Origin: Aliivibrio fischeri ES114
GTDB lineage: Bacteria; Pseudomonadota; Gammaproteobacteria; Enterobacterales; Vibrionaceae
Reading direction: 5' to 3' (one strand)
NCBI RefSeq assembly: GCF_000011805.1
Contig: NC_006841.2
Length of the DNA: 32,000 nt
This document shows, in pieces, positions 18,532 through 26,864 of this stretch. Under the pieces are notes generated by a model that did not search any database, was not told the DNA's origin, and was given only the letters and a program-made list of their open reading frames with translations. Position numbers and translations under genes: made by a program. The number at the start of each line of letters is the position of its first letter. Position 1 is the first letter of the stretch.

Positions 18532-19848
18532 TTGAAATGGATAAAACTCGCAACATGCAGCAGTTTGCTTGTTTTGAGCGTATCTTCACAAGCTCAAACT
18601 TTAGAGCAAGCAATATCTCAAACCTTAACGACGAATCCTGAGGTAAAGAAAGCTTATAACTCTTATATGAGCTTTGTTGAGGATAGTAATAGTGTTGATG
18701 GTAATTATTTACCTTCTATAGATCTTGATGCTGGTATTGGATATGAACAAATCAACCCAGCAAGCGGAAACGACACAAGCTTAACCCGAAAAGATGCAAC
18801 GCTATCTCTAACCCAATTAATCTGGGATGGCTCAAACACGATCAATGATATGGATCGAACGGAAGCTGAAGCTGAATCTGCAAGATTACAACTGCTATCT
18901 TTAGCTGAAAACAAAGCTCTTGATGTGTCACAAGTTTATTTAGATGCGGTTAAAGCAACTGAAATTCTCGCATTATCTGAAAGCAATCTAGCTATTCATA
19001 AGAAAATTTATAAAGACATAAAAAAACGAGCGGCTTCTGGGATAGGCTCAACAGCTGATGTATCTCAAGTTGAAGCTCGTATCGCTAGAGCTCATGGTAA
19101 TTTACTTGCTGCTCAAAATAACCTTTTTGATACTCATACTGTATTTACACAAATTGTAGGCTCTCCTCCTCAAGCTCTTATATACCCAAGAGCAGATGCG
19201 AATACCTTACCTTTAAGTTTACAAGAAGGTATTGATAGAGCATTTAAACATCATCCAGTAATTTTAACTGCTCAATCAGATATTCAAGCAGCTAAATTTC
19301 AATATGCTCAATCAAAAAGTAATAACTATCCAACATTTTCCTTAGAAGCTGCTCAAACATGGCGTGATGACGCGGGAGGCATTGAAGGTAATAGTGACGA
19401 GTTTTCTGCAATGGTTCGCATGCGCTATAACCTATACAATGGCGGCACGGATAGCTCTCTATCTGAAAAAAGCGCATATCAATTAAATATGGCGAAAGAT
19501 TTGCGAGATAGTGCTTATAGAAATGTAGAACAAGGCCTGCGCTTGTCTTGGAGTGCGCTAGATTTAACCTTACAACAAAAAGAATTTTTAGCCGATCACG
19601 TTGATGCAGCGACAGATACCGTCATTGCTTATGAAAAACAATATCGTATAGGTAAACGTACACTACTCGATTTACTCAATACTGAAAATGAACTTTTTGA
19701 AGCAAGAAAATCATATCTTGATGCTCACTATGCAGAACAATTTGCAAAATACAGAGTATTGCACGCAACTGGAACATTATTACCATCACTGTTAATCGAT
19801 ACTCCACAAGAGTGGGACAATAAAAACGAAAAAGAAGAGGAGAAATAA
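18532..19848 (+). CDS. TolC-family outer-membrane channel of the T1SS (LapE/AggA-like)
   Basis: Signal peptide MKWIKLATCSSLLVLSVSSQA and a two-fold internal TolC repeat architecture (LEQAISQTLTTNPEVKKAYN..., GKRTLLDLLNTENELFEARKSYLDAHY). TTG start at 18532, 7 nt after AGGAG (18520-18524). Confidence 0.85.
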   Translation: MKWIKLATCSSLLVLSVSSQAQTLEQAISQTLTTNPEVKKAYNSYMSFVEDSNSVDGNYLPSIDLDAGIGYEQINPASGNDTSLTRKDATLSLTQLIWDGSNTINDMDRTEAEAESARLQLLSLAENKALDVSQVYLDAVKATEILALSESNLAIHKKIYKDIKKRAASGIGSTADVSQVEARIARAHGNLLAAQNNLFDTHTVFTQIVGSPPQALIYPRADANTLPLSLQEGIDRAFKHHPVILTAQSDIQAAKFQYAQSKSNNYPTFSLEAAQTWRDDAGGIEGNSDEFSAMVRMRYNLYNGGTDSSLSEKSAYQLNMAKDLRDSAYRNVEQGLRLSWSALDLTLQQKEFLADHVDAATDTVIAYEKQYRIGKRTLLDLLNTENELFEARKSYLDAHYAEQFAKYRVLHATGTLLPSLLIDTPQEWDNKNEKEEEK

Positions 19849-19850
19849 TT

Positions 19851-20459
19851 ATGAAGCAATCAATTTACCCTCTAATTATTGCTAGCCTTTTCTTAACAGG
19901 CTGTGTTTCAGGTGATAAAGATTACATTGAAACACCTACATCAGATCAAATCGCAGATTTAAGAGATGATGACAATGATGGTGTAATTAACGCAAGAGAC
20001 ATTTGTCCTGGAACCCCTAGAGGTGCTCAAATTGACAATGATGGCTGCGCAGAATATGTCGAGCATTCAGATAAAAAAGATCTGAAGATCTTGTTTGCAA
20101 ATGACTCATCAGAAATATCCCCAATATTCAAAACTGAAATACGCACCATGGCGGAATTTTTAGAAGAGTACCCTGAAACATCGATTCAACTACAAGGATT
20201 TGCAAGCCAACAAGGTAATGCTGAATATAATATTCGCTTATCAGAATTACGAGCTGCTGCTGTACGTGTCGCTTTAATCGAATATGGCGTTGATCCTCAA
20301 CGTATTGAAACCATAGGCTTTGGTGACACACTATTAACAGCTAAAGGCGACTCAGCTGTTAGCCATGCTCTAAACCGTCGTGTAGTAGCGACAGTAGTTG
20401 GATTTAAGGGTGACGTTGTCAATGAATGGAATATTTTTACATCTCGTAAAAAGAGATAA
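19851..20459 (+). CDS. OmpA-family lipoprotein with thrombospondin-type-3-like Ca-binding repeats and a C-terminal peptidoglycan-binding OmpA domain
   Basis: Lipobox LFLTGC, repeats DDDNDGVINARDICPGTPRGAQIDNDGC, and OmpA_C signature (NIRLSELRAAAVRVALIEYGV...NRRVVATV). The ATG lies 2 nt after the TolC stop and GAGGAG sits upstream, implying translational coupling. Confidence 0.85.
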   Translation: MKQSIYPLIIASLFLTGCVSGDKDYIETPTSDQIADLRDDDNDGVINARDICPGTPRGAQIDNDGCAEYVEHSDKKDLKILFANDSSEISPIFKTEIRTMAEFLEEYPETSIQLQGFASQQGNAEYNIRLSELRAAAVRVALIEYGVDPQRIETIGFGDTLLTAKGDSAVSHALNRRVVATVVGFKGDVVNEWNIFTSRKKR

Positions 20460-20473
20460 CATTATCTAGCCAG

Positions 20474-20512
20474 AAAAAAGCCCCTCAATGACATTCATTA
20501 AGGGGCTTTTTA
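20474..20512. terminator. Bidirectional rho-independent terminator (ompA-like / lapB convergent pair)
   Basis: AAAAAA, then stem AGCCCCT (20479-20485), a 15-nt loop, AGGGGCT (20501-20507), then TTTT. Confidence 0.75.
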
Positions 20513-20530
20513 TTACAGAATAAAAGAAGT

Positions 20531-22645
20531 TTAACTTACCGCTCTTACCTTTCCTGTTTTCAACTCATTTAATACTTGTTCTTTTGGTCCATCAGTAATT
20601 ATATGACCCTTCTCCATTACTATAAGTCGATCTACAACATCTAACATCGATGTTTTATGAGTAATTAAAACTAACGTTTCAGCAGGCTTTAAGTGTGAAA
20701 GCTGATTCTTAAACAGCATCTCTGTACGATTATCCATGCAGCTTGTTGGCTCATCTAACAACAGTACAGGTGGTCGACCAATTAACGCTCGCGCAATAGC
20801 AACAGACTGACGTTGCCCACCAGATAATAATAAACCACCTTCACCAACTTGACGTTCTAATCCAGCGGGGTCTTGCTGTGTGAAAGCAGTAACACCTGCA
20901 CGATTAGCCGCATCCATCACCTCTGCATCATCAGAGAGCTCGCGTCCAAGTACAATATTCTCTCGGATAGAACCATAAAAGAGTGTTATATCTTGAGGTA
21001 CACAGCCTATATTACGTCTCACATCAACATGGTGTAATTGTGAGATGTCGGTATCATCAATACGAACAGAACCTGCTGTAGGCTTATACAGGCCCATAAT
21101 AAGGCGTTCTAATGTGGTTTTTCCTGATCCAATACGACCAATAATTGCAACTTTCTCACCTGGATTAATCGTTAAGCTAATATCACGTACCGCAGCCACT
21201 TCTGCTTCAGGGTAATTAAAGCTGACTTTATCTAATTCAATTTTGCCTTGTAAAATAGGGCGATGAATATATCGCTTCTCTTCTTCCTGTTCATCAGGCA
21301 TTGCCATTAATTCTTCAATAATCGTCATTGATGATTTTGCTTGATTATAACGACTTGATAGTAGGGATATTTGAACCAAAGGGCCGATAGCTTTACCACT
21401 TAACATTGTTGATGCGATTAGGCCTCCCATGGTTAGATCACCATTAGAAATAAGATAAACACCAACAATAATCATCCCTATGTTTACGGCCTGTTGAACA
21501 AAACCAGCCATATTTTGAATCGAATCAGTAATTCTTCGGCTTTTAATGCTCCAATTAGAAATATGTGTAACCGCTTCTTCCCAACGATACTGGTACTGGC
21601 TTTGTGCATTAAATATCTTTAACGTTTCTAAACCCACTAAACTTTCAATTAAGTTCGCATACTTTTGCGAGGACAAACGAGAACCTTCTTCAATCGTTTT
21701 CTTTAAAGGTCCTTGAATGATAGCGGCATGAATCAACAGCAATGTAATACCGACGACAGGAACTAATACAATAGGTCCTGCAATAAGATAAATAATAAAT
21801 AAGAATAAAAGAGCAAAAGGTAAATCAATCAATGATGCAATCGTTGCAGAAGTAAAGAAATCACGAATAGACTCAAATTCTTGTAAATGCCTTGCAAATG
21901 CACCAACAGAAGCAGGTTTTGCTTCCATTCGAATACCCAGTACTTTTTGAAACAGCTTTGATGAAATTAATACATCTGATTTTTTACCTGCTACATCAAT
22001 AAAGTAGCCTCTTAAGTATTTCAAAATAAAATCAAATACAAAGACCACAAAAATACCAGAAGCCAATACCCATAAAGATTCGAATGCTAAATTAGGTACA
22101 ACTTTATCGTACACCAGACGGGTAAACATAGGTGTAGCGATTGCAAATATATTAATCAAAATAGAAGCAATAAATACATCTCGATAAATATGCTTCGATT
22201 CAAACAAAGTGCTCCAAAACCAATGACCTTCACGCTTTTTTAAAATCTCAGGTGAACGATCGTCATATCTGAACTGTTTTTTTAGTAAGATATACCTACC
22301 AATGTATTGAGCTTCTAAGTCTTCAACGGAAATAGATATAGGTAACATGTCCGAACTTAATGTAATAATTTCAGCTTCTTTTCGCTCAGCATCAAACCCA
22401 ATTAAAACACACGACTCTCCACCCTTTAGCAATAAAACAACAGGTAAAATAAGTTGAGGAATAGAAAGTAACTCACCTTGGTTTTCTTTTGCTACTAAAC
22501 CAGCTCTTTCTGCAGCACGAGAAAACAAAAATGGCGTTAACTTACCATCTTGTAATGGCAATCCATTAATCAATGCTTCTGGTGAATTTATTTGTCCGTA
22601 GTAACGACTAACATAACAAAGTGAATGTAATAATGAATCCTTCAT
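20531..22645 (-). CDS. lapB: T1SS ABC transporter (ATPase/permease) with an N-terminal C39-like domain, LapB/LssB family
   Basis: N-terminal C39-like fold, 6-TM ABC exporter domain, Walker A GRIGSGKTT, signature LSGGQRQ and Walker B LLLDEPTS. I prefer the start at 22645 (MKDSLLHSL...), because the longer ORF-track start overlaps lapD by 53 nt. With this start the junction reads TAA-T-ATG. Confidence 0.85.
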   Translation of the reverse strand: MKDSLLHSLCYVSRYYGQINSPEALINGLPLQDGKLTPFLFSRAAERAGLVAKENQGELLSIPQLILPVVLLLKGGESCVLIGFDAERKEAEIITLSSDMLPISISVEDLEAQYIGRYILLKKQFRYDDRSPEILKKREGHWFWSTLFESKHIYRDVFIASILINIFAIATPMFTRLVYDKVVPNLAFESLWVLASGIFVVFVFDFILKYLRGYFIDVAGKKSDVLISSKLFQKVLGIRMEAKPASVGAFARHLQEFESIRDFFTSATIASLIDLPFALLFLFIIYLIAGPIVLVPVVGITLLLIHAAIIQGPLKKTIEEGSRLSSQKYANLIESLVGLETLKIFNAQSQYQYRWEEAVTHISNWSIKSRRITDSIQNMAGFVQQAVNIGMIIVGVYLISNGDLTMGGLIASTMLSGKAIGPLVQISLLSSRYNQAKSSMTIIEELMAMPDEQEEEKRYIHRPILQGKIELDKVSFNYPEAEVAAVRDISLTINPGEKVAIIGRIGSGKTTLERLIMGLYKPTAGSVRIDDTDISQLHHVDVRRNIGCVPQDITLFYGSIRENIVLGRELSDDAEVMDAANRAGVTAFTQQDPAGLERQVGEGGLLLSGGQRQSVAIARALIGRPPVLLLDEPTSCMDNRTEMLFKNQLSHLKPAETLVLITHKTSMLDVVDRLIVMEKGHIITDGPKEQVLNELKTGKVRAVS

Positions 22646-22646
22646 A

Positions 22647-24572
22647 TTAAATGCCTTCCACTTTTTCATTAATAAAGAAACCTTGGAATACATCAACATT
22701 ATGCTCTGCTAGTAAATCCAATTGTTCTTTGTTTTCAACGCGTGATGCGATTGTTGTAATACCAAGGTTTTGTGCTGTTCTTGATATAGAAGCTAAAATA
22801 TAGCGCTGTTTTTCATCATCTAACTGATGGGTAAAAAGATAATCAAGTTTTACATAATTAGGACGGAATAATTTAATATACTCTAAAGATTCAAAATTAC
22901 GTCCAAAATTATCAACGCCAAATTCAGCACCAGAAGAGCGAATTACATTACATAATAATGCCGTATGATCTTCATTCTCAATGAATGCACTCTCTTGAAT
23001 TTCAAAATGGAATAATGGTGCAATAGATTTATGTTTCTTCAGTGTCGTAGTTAACCAACGAACAAAGCTTGGGTTATCCACACTTCGATTTGATAAGTTA
23101 ATCGCAACAGGTTGTGTTATTTCCCCTGATGAAACTCTTTCTATCATGGTTCTAATAACAAATTGATCAAAGTAAGTCGTTTCATTCAGTTGTTCTAATG
23201 CAAATAAATACTGATTAGCAGAGTAACGTTGCTCATCTTTTTCTATCGCCGAAAAAACTTCTTGATGAAAAACAGTTCCGTTAGGAGTTGTGGCAAGCTG
23301 CAACGTAAATTGGAATAAGTGCTCATTAATAGCTTCATCAACAAACGCTTTCCATTGTTGTTTACCCATCAATTCATGCTCACTTTCATCAGCAATAAAA
23401 CCAAAAGGCATTTGAGGATTTGAATGGGCTAATGTTAATGCATTATCAGCAAGTGATAATATTTCAGTTGTCGTTTTCCTTGTTTCATTAAATACAACGC
23501 CAAGCTCAGCATCAATAGGCGCGGTTGCTGTTGGATCACCTTTAATATCTTGGGTATAAACCACAATATTTTCAGCAGCTAGTTTTAACTCATCTTCTTC
23601 AATATTTGGAAAAATAAAACCAAATTCAGAAGAGTTAATACGAGTCAGAATGACATTAGATGCAGGAAGCGTTGCTTTTAATAAATCAGACAGTTCACGA
23701 ACTAAAGCATCACCAGCTTCATAACCATCTTGCTCATATACTTTATTGATAAAATTTACTTTAAATAAAGCGACACCACCTTTGGAGGACTCAGCTAACC
23801 AATTTGTTAACTGTCCCATAAAGAAGGTTCTATTCCCTAGACCTGAGATAGGATCTAAATACACTTTATCACGTAATTTTTCAGCCTCTTTAGCTTGTGA
23901 CTGAAAACTTTGTGCTATCTGTGCTGACATCGAATTGATCCCATCAATCACAGCTTCAAGATCTTTTGTCTTTGGTTTTGGTAAATTGTTTTCAAAATTA
24001 TTATTAGCTACTTCTTTCATCTTAATAATAATTTGTTGAAGCGGAGACAGTGCACGCTTAACAACAAAAGCAATAGTTACTGTACCAAGGCAAATAACAA
24101 CAAAGAAAGTTATCGCTAACTGTATCAAAGCATTCCAGAGTTGCTGATAAGCGTAACCAGGATGCGTAACAATTTCGACTTCTGCTAACTGCAACCAACC
24201 ACTTGTTATAATACGATTCTCAGAAATAGTTCTAAAAAGGTGTAATTGAGTAAACCACTCTGGAACGGTATCTATTCTAACAGGGTAAACTCGAACAACT
24301 TCCTCATTCGTTGTGAACAATGTTAAACGTACCGCAGAGTAATAACTTCCATCAAATAAAGCATTTATAACGGATTCAGCGGCTACTTTATCTTCATCTT
24401 CCAAATAAGGAGCAAGTGCTAAACCAACCGTATTAATGGTGTTATTCACTTCTGAGCGTTGTTGATTCTCTAAGAAGGTTTGTGTATTTCGAAATTCAAT
24501 GGCAAAAACAGAAATCATCAATATTAAAAAGACAGCTGTCATCCATGCTACTAGTTGTTTATATAATGTCAT
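22647..24572 (-). CDS. lapD: LapD-type inner-membrane c-di-GMP receptor (periplasmic LapD/MoxY-N domain, HAMP, degenerate GGDEF, degenerate EAL)
   Basis: 641 aa with two TM segments flanking a ~120-aa periplasmic domain, then a HAMP domain. The GGDEF position reads NSSEF (23622-23636) and the EAL position reads EVF (23253-23261). It sits immediately downstream of lapG. Confidence 0.8.
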   Translation of the reverse strand: MTLYKQLVAWMTAVFLILMISVFAIEFRNTQTFLENQQRSEVNNTINTVGLALAPYLEDEDKVAAESVINALFDGSYYSAVRLTLFTTNEEVVRVYPVRIDTVPEWFTQLHLFRTISENRIITSGWLQLAEVEIVTHPGYAYQQLWNALIQLAITFFVVICLGTVTIAFVVKRALSPLQQIIIKMKEVANNNFENNLPKPKTKDLEAVIDGINSMSAQIAQSFQSQAKEAEKLRDKVYLDPISGLGNRTFFMGQLTNWLAESSKGGVALFKVNFINKVYEQDGYEAGDALVRELSDLLKATLPASNVILTRINSSEFGFIFPNIEEDELKLAAENIVVYTQDIKGDPTATAPIDAELGVVFNETRKTTTEILSLADNALTLAHSNPQMPFGFIADESEHELMGKQQWKAFVDEAINEHLFQFTLQLATTPNGTVFHQEVFSAIEKDEQRYSANQYLFALEQLNETTYFDQFVIRTMIERVSSGEITQPVAINLSNRSVDNPSFVRWLTTTLKKHKSIAPLFHFEIQESAFIENEDHTALLCNVIRSSGAEFGVDNFGRNFESLEYIKLFRPNYVKLDYLFTHQLDDEKQRYILASISRTAQNLGITTIASRVENKEQLDLLAEHNVDVFQGFFINEKVEGI

Positions 24573-24578
24573 TTCTCA

Positions 24579-25244
24579 CTACTCATCATAATTCAAAATT
24601 GGGTGATTTAATCTCAAGTCATCATTTCGTTTTCGTAAATCATTCCATAGATTTAAACGAGATGACTTCCCAGCTTGCTGGCCATTACCTTTTCCTTTCA
24701 TCAGCCATAGATGTTGACCGTTAAAACTGTATATAGGTAAAAGATCTGTTCGTTCTGTTGCTGGTTTTATTTCTTTATCTATATTATCTAAAATTAAAGG
24801 GACTGATGCTGGTGTTGGATAATAAGCCAGTACCATATGAAACTGATTTAACTCGATTGCCTTAAGGTAAATAAGCCTTAACTTTTTATCTGATACGCCT
24901 AACTCAATCAGAGAAAAATATTTAGCAATGGTAAAGTCTTCACAATCTCCAGCATTTGCTCCAAGAAACTCTAAAGGCGTTGCCCAGTAATCTTTTTTTC
25001 CCCACAGTTTTATATCATCTACAAAATAGAGTTGATTAAAAAACTGATTCACATTATTTAGTTGTTCTCTCTCATTCTTCAAATCAGCTTCGGCTAACAT
25101 ATCCCGCCAAGCTAACACTCTTTTTCCGGCTCTTTCGCCATATTCATCTTGTACTGCTTTGATCCAAATATTTTCTTGTTGTGTTAAAGCAATAGAAGCG
25201 ATAGAGAATATGGCGAATGGTATTCCTAACCATCGACTTCTCAT
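24579..25244 (-). CDS. lapG: LapG-type periplasmic Ca-dependent cysteine protease (bacterial transglutaminase-like cysteine proteinase, BTLCP/DUF920)
   Basis: Signal peptide MRSRWLGIPFAIFSIASIALT. The catalytic Cys lies in GANAGDCEDFTIAKY (Cys codon 24942-24944), His in QFHMVLAYY, followed by ILDN. Strong SD AAGGAG upstream. Confidence 0.85.
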   Translation of the reverse strand: MRSRWLGIPFAIFSIASIALTQQENIWIKAVQDEYGERAGKRVLAWRDMLAEADLKNEREQLNNVNQFFNQLYFVDDIKLWGKKDYWATPLEFLGANAGDCEDFTIAKYFSLIELGVSDKKLRLIYLKAIELNQFHMVLAYYPTPASVPLILDNIDKEIKPATERTDLLPIYSFNGQHLWLMKGKGNGQQAGKSSRLNLWNDLRKRNDDLRLNHPILNYDE

Positions 25245-25267
25245 TGTGAGATGTGCTCCTTTTACTT

Positions 25268-26659
25268 TTACTCTCTTAGTGCAGATCCTTTTGCTTGAAC
25301 GATAGGTTTCACTAAGTAATCTAAAATAGAACGTTTTCCTGTAATAATATCAACCGTGGTTGTCATACCTGGAATAATATTAAATTGTGTTTTTTCTTCT
25401 AAATCTTCTTGTGAAGTCCTAACTCTTACAAGATAAAAACTGTTTCCCTCTTCATCTTGAATAGTATCAGCACTGATATGCTCTAACGTACCTTTCAAAC
25501 CACCATAACGAGTAAAGTCATAAGCACTAAATTTAACAATGGCAGAAAGCCCTGGACGTAGAAAGGCGATATCTTGTGGTGCAATCTTAGCTTCAATTAA
25601 TAACGTATCTTCTGTGGGTACAATTTCAATTAAGTCCATACCAGGTTGAATAACACCACCGACCGTATTTATGTATATTTTTTTTATGGTTCCGGTAACT
25701 GGCGATAACACTACAGTACGGTTTACTCGGTCTTTCAATCCGACCTGTGATTCAGTTAATGCTGATAATTTATCTTGAGTAGTATTTAATTTTTCTTGCT
25801 GTTCAGAGCGAAACTTTAGAGCTGCGTCGATTCTGTTTAAAACAGTTTCTTGAATTGCAGAAGTTAAGACAGGAATTTTTAATTCAGTTGATGTCAACTC
25901 ACGCTTAGTATCGTTAACTTGACGCTGTAATTTTAATAGTTCGATGCGAGGAACAACACCTTCATCTGCTAGTGGTTTTGTTATATCTAACTCTTTTCTT
26001 GCAAGGTTATAACTTGCCTTTAAATTTCGAACCCGCGCTTTTATTTCTACAAGATCTTGTTGCTTTTGACTTACTTGTTGGTCAAAAACAAAAATTCTAT
26101 TTTTAAGGTTATTCATATCAGCTTTATATTCTGCAAGCTGACGACGAGTAACAATAGGGTTTTCTTTTACAAACGCTTCGTCGAATTTTAGTTTATCAGT
26201 ATAAACAATAACAGACTCTTTCCAGCGCTTACGGTTATTTATATCCTGTATAAGAATACTATCCATCGAAGCTGCCAATTGTTGAGCGCTTGCAGTTAAA
26301 TTGATCAGTTGTTTTTTACGTTCTCTAAAATCAGAGCGAAAGCGAGTATCATCAATTAAAAGAAGTTGCTGTCCTTTTTCAACTTGGTCACCTTCTTTAA
26401 CCAACATCTCTTTGACTAGACCACCTTCTAGATTTTGTACAACTTGTAATTGTGAAGAAGGAATGACTTTTCCTTGACCAACAGTAACTTTATCAATTTC
26501 GGCCCAAGAAGCCCAACCAATAGCAATACCAAAGAAAACGACAATTACCCATAAAAGAATTTTTGCATTAGTTGGTGTGTTTAAAAGTAGAGCCGCCGTT
26601 TTGTCATCAACAAAATCCAGCTCATGTTTATCAAGCTTGTTGAATCCTTTCTTACTCAT
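25268..26659 (-). CDS. lapC: HlyD-family T1SS membrane fusion protein (LapC-like)
   Basis: N-terminal TM (ILLWVIVVFFGIAIGWASWA), a lipoyl/beta-barrel start (GQGKVIPSSQLQVVQNLEGGLVKEMLVKEGDQVEKGQ), long coiled coils, and the C-terminal HlyD signature (IPGMTTTVDIITGKRSILDYLVKP). Confidence 0.9.
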   Translation of the reverse strand: MSKKGFNKLDKHELDFVDDKTAALLLNTPTNAKILLWVIVVFFGIAIGWASWAEIDKVTVGQGKVIPSSQLQVVQNLEGGLVKEMLVKEGDQVEKGQQLLLIDDTRFRSDFRERKKQLINLTASAQQLAASMDSILIQDINNRKRWKESVIVYTDKLKFDEAFVKENPIVTRRQLAEYKADMNNLKNRIFVFDQQVSQKQQDLVEIKARVRNLKASYNLARKELDITKPLADEGVVPRIELLKLQRQVNDTKRELTSTELKIPVLTSAIQETVLNRIDAALKFRSEQQEKLNTTQDKLSALTESQVGLKDRVNRTVVLSPVTGTIKKIYINTVGGVIQPGMDLIEIVPTEDTLLIEAKIAPQDIAFLRPGLSAIVKFSAYDFTRYGGLKGTLEHISADTIQDEEGNSFYLVRVRTSQEDLEEKTQFNIIPGMTTTVDIITGKRSILDYLVKPIVQAKGSALRE

Positions 26660-26794
26660 TTATATATCCCTAATTGTTGTTATTCAGATAACAATCCTAT
26701 TACATTAAGAATATAGTATTTATACGTTAGGAACTACAACAAATCATTGAATATTAGAAGGCTGAATCAAATTTAGGATAACTCTTTAGATGGG

Positions 26795-26809
26795 ATTTAC
26801 AGTGTAAAT
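26795..26809. other. Candidate parS2 centromere-like site 1 (ATTTACAGTGTAAAT)
   Basis: 15-bp palindrome around a central base. It fits NTTTACANTGTAAAN, the ParB2-binding consensus for Vibrio chromosome II as I recall it. Confidence 0.65.
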
Positions 26810-26830
26810 TCAATGAATATGAAAATCTTA

Positions 26831-26845
26831 ATTTACACTGTAAAT
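26831..26845. other. Candidate parS2 centromere-like site 2 (ATTTACACTGTAAAT)
   Basis: Same 15-mer with the complementary central base, 36 bp from site 1. Confidence 0.65.
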
Positions 26846-26864
26846 TGATGACTATAGTATTTGA

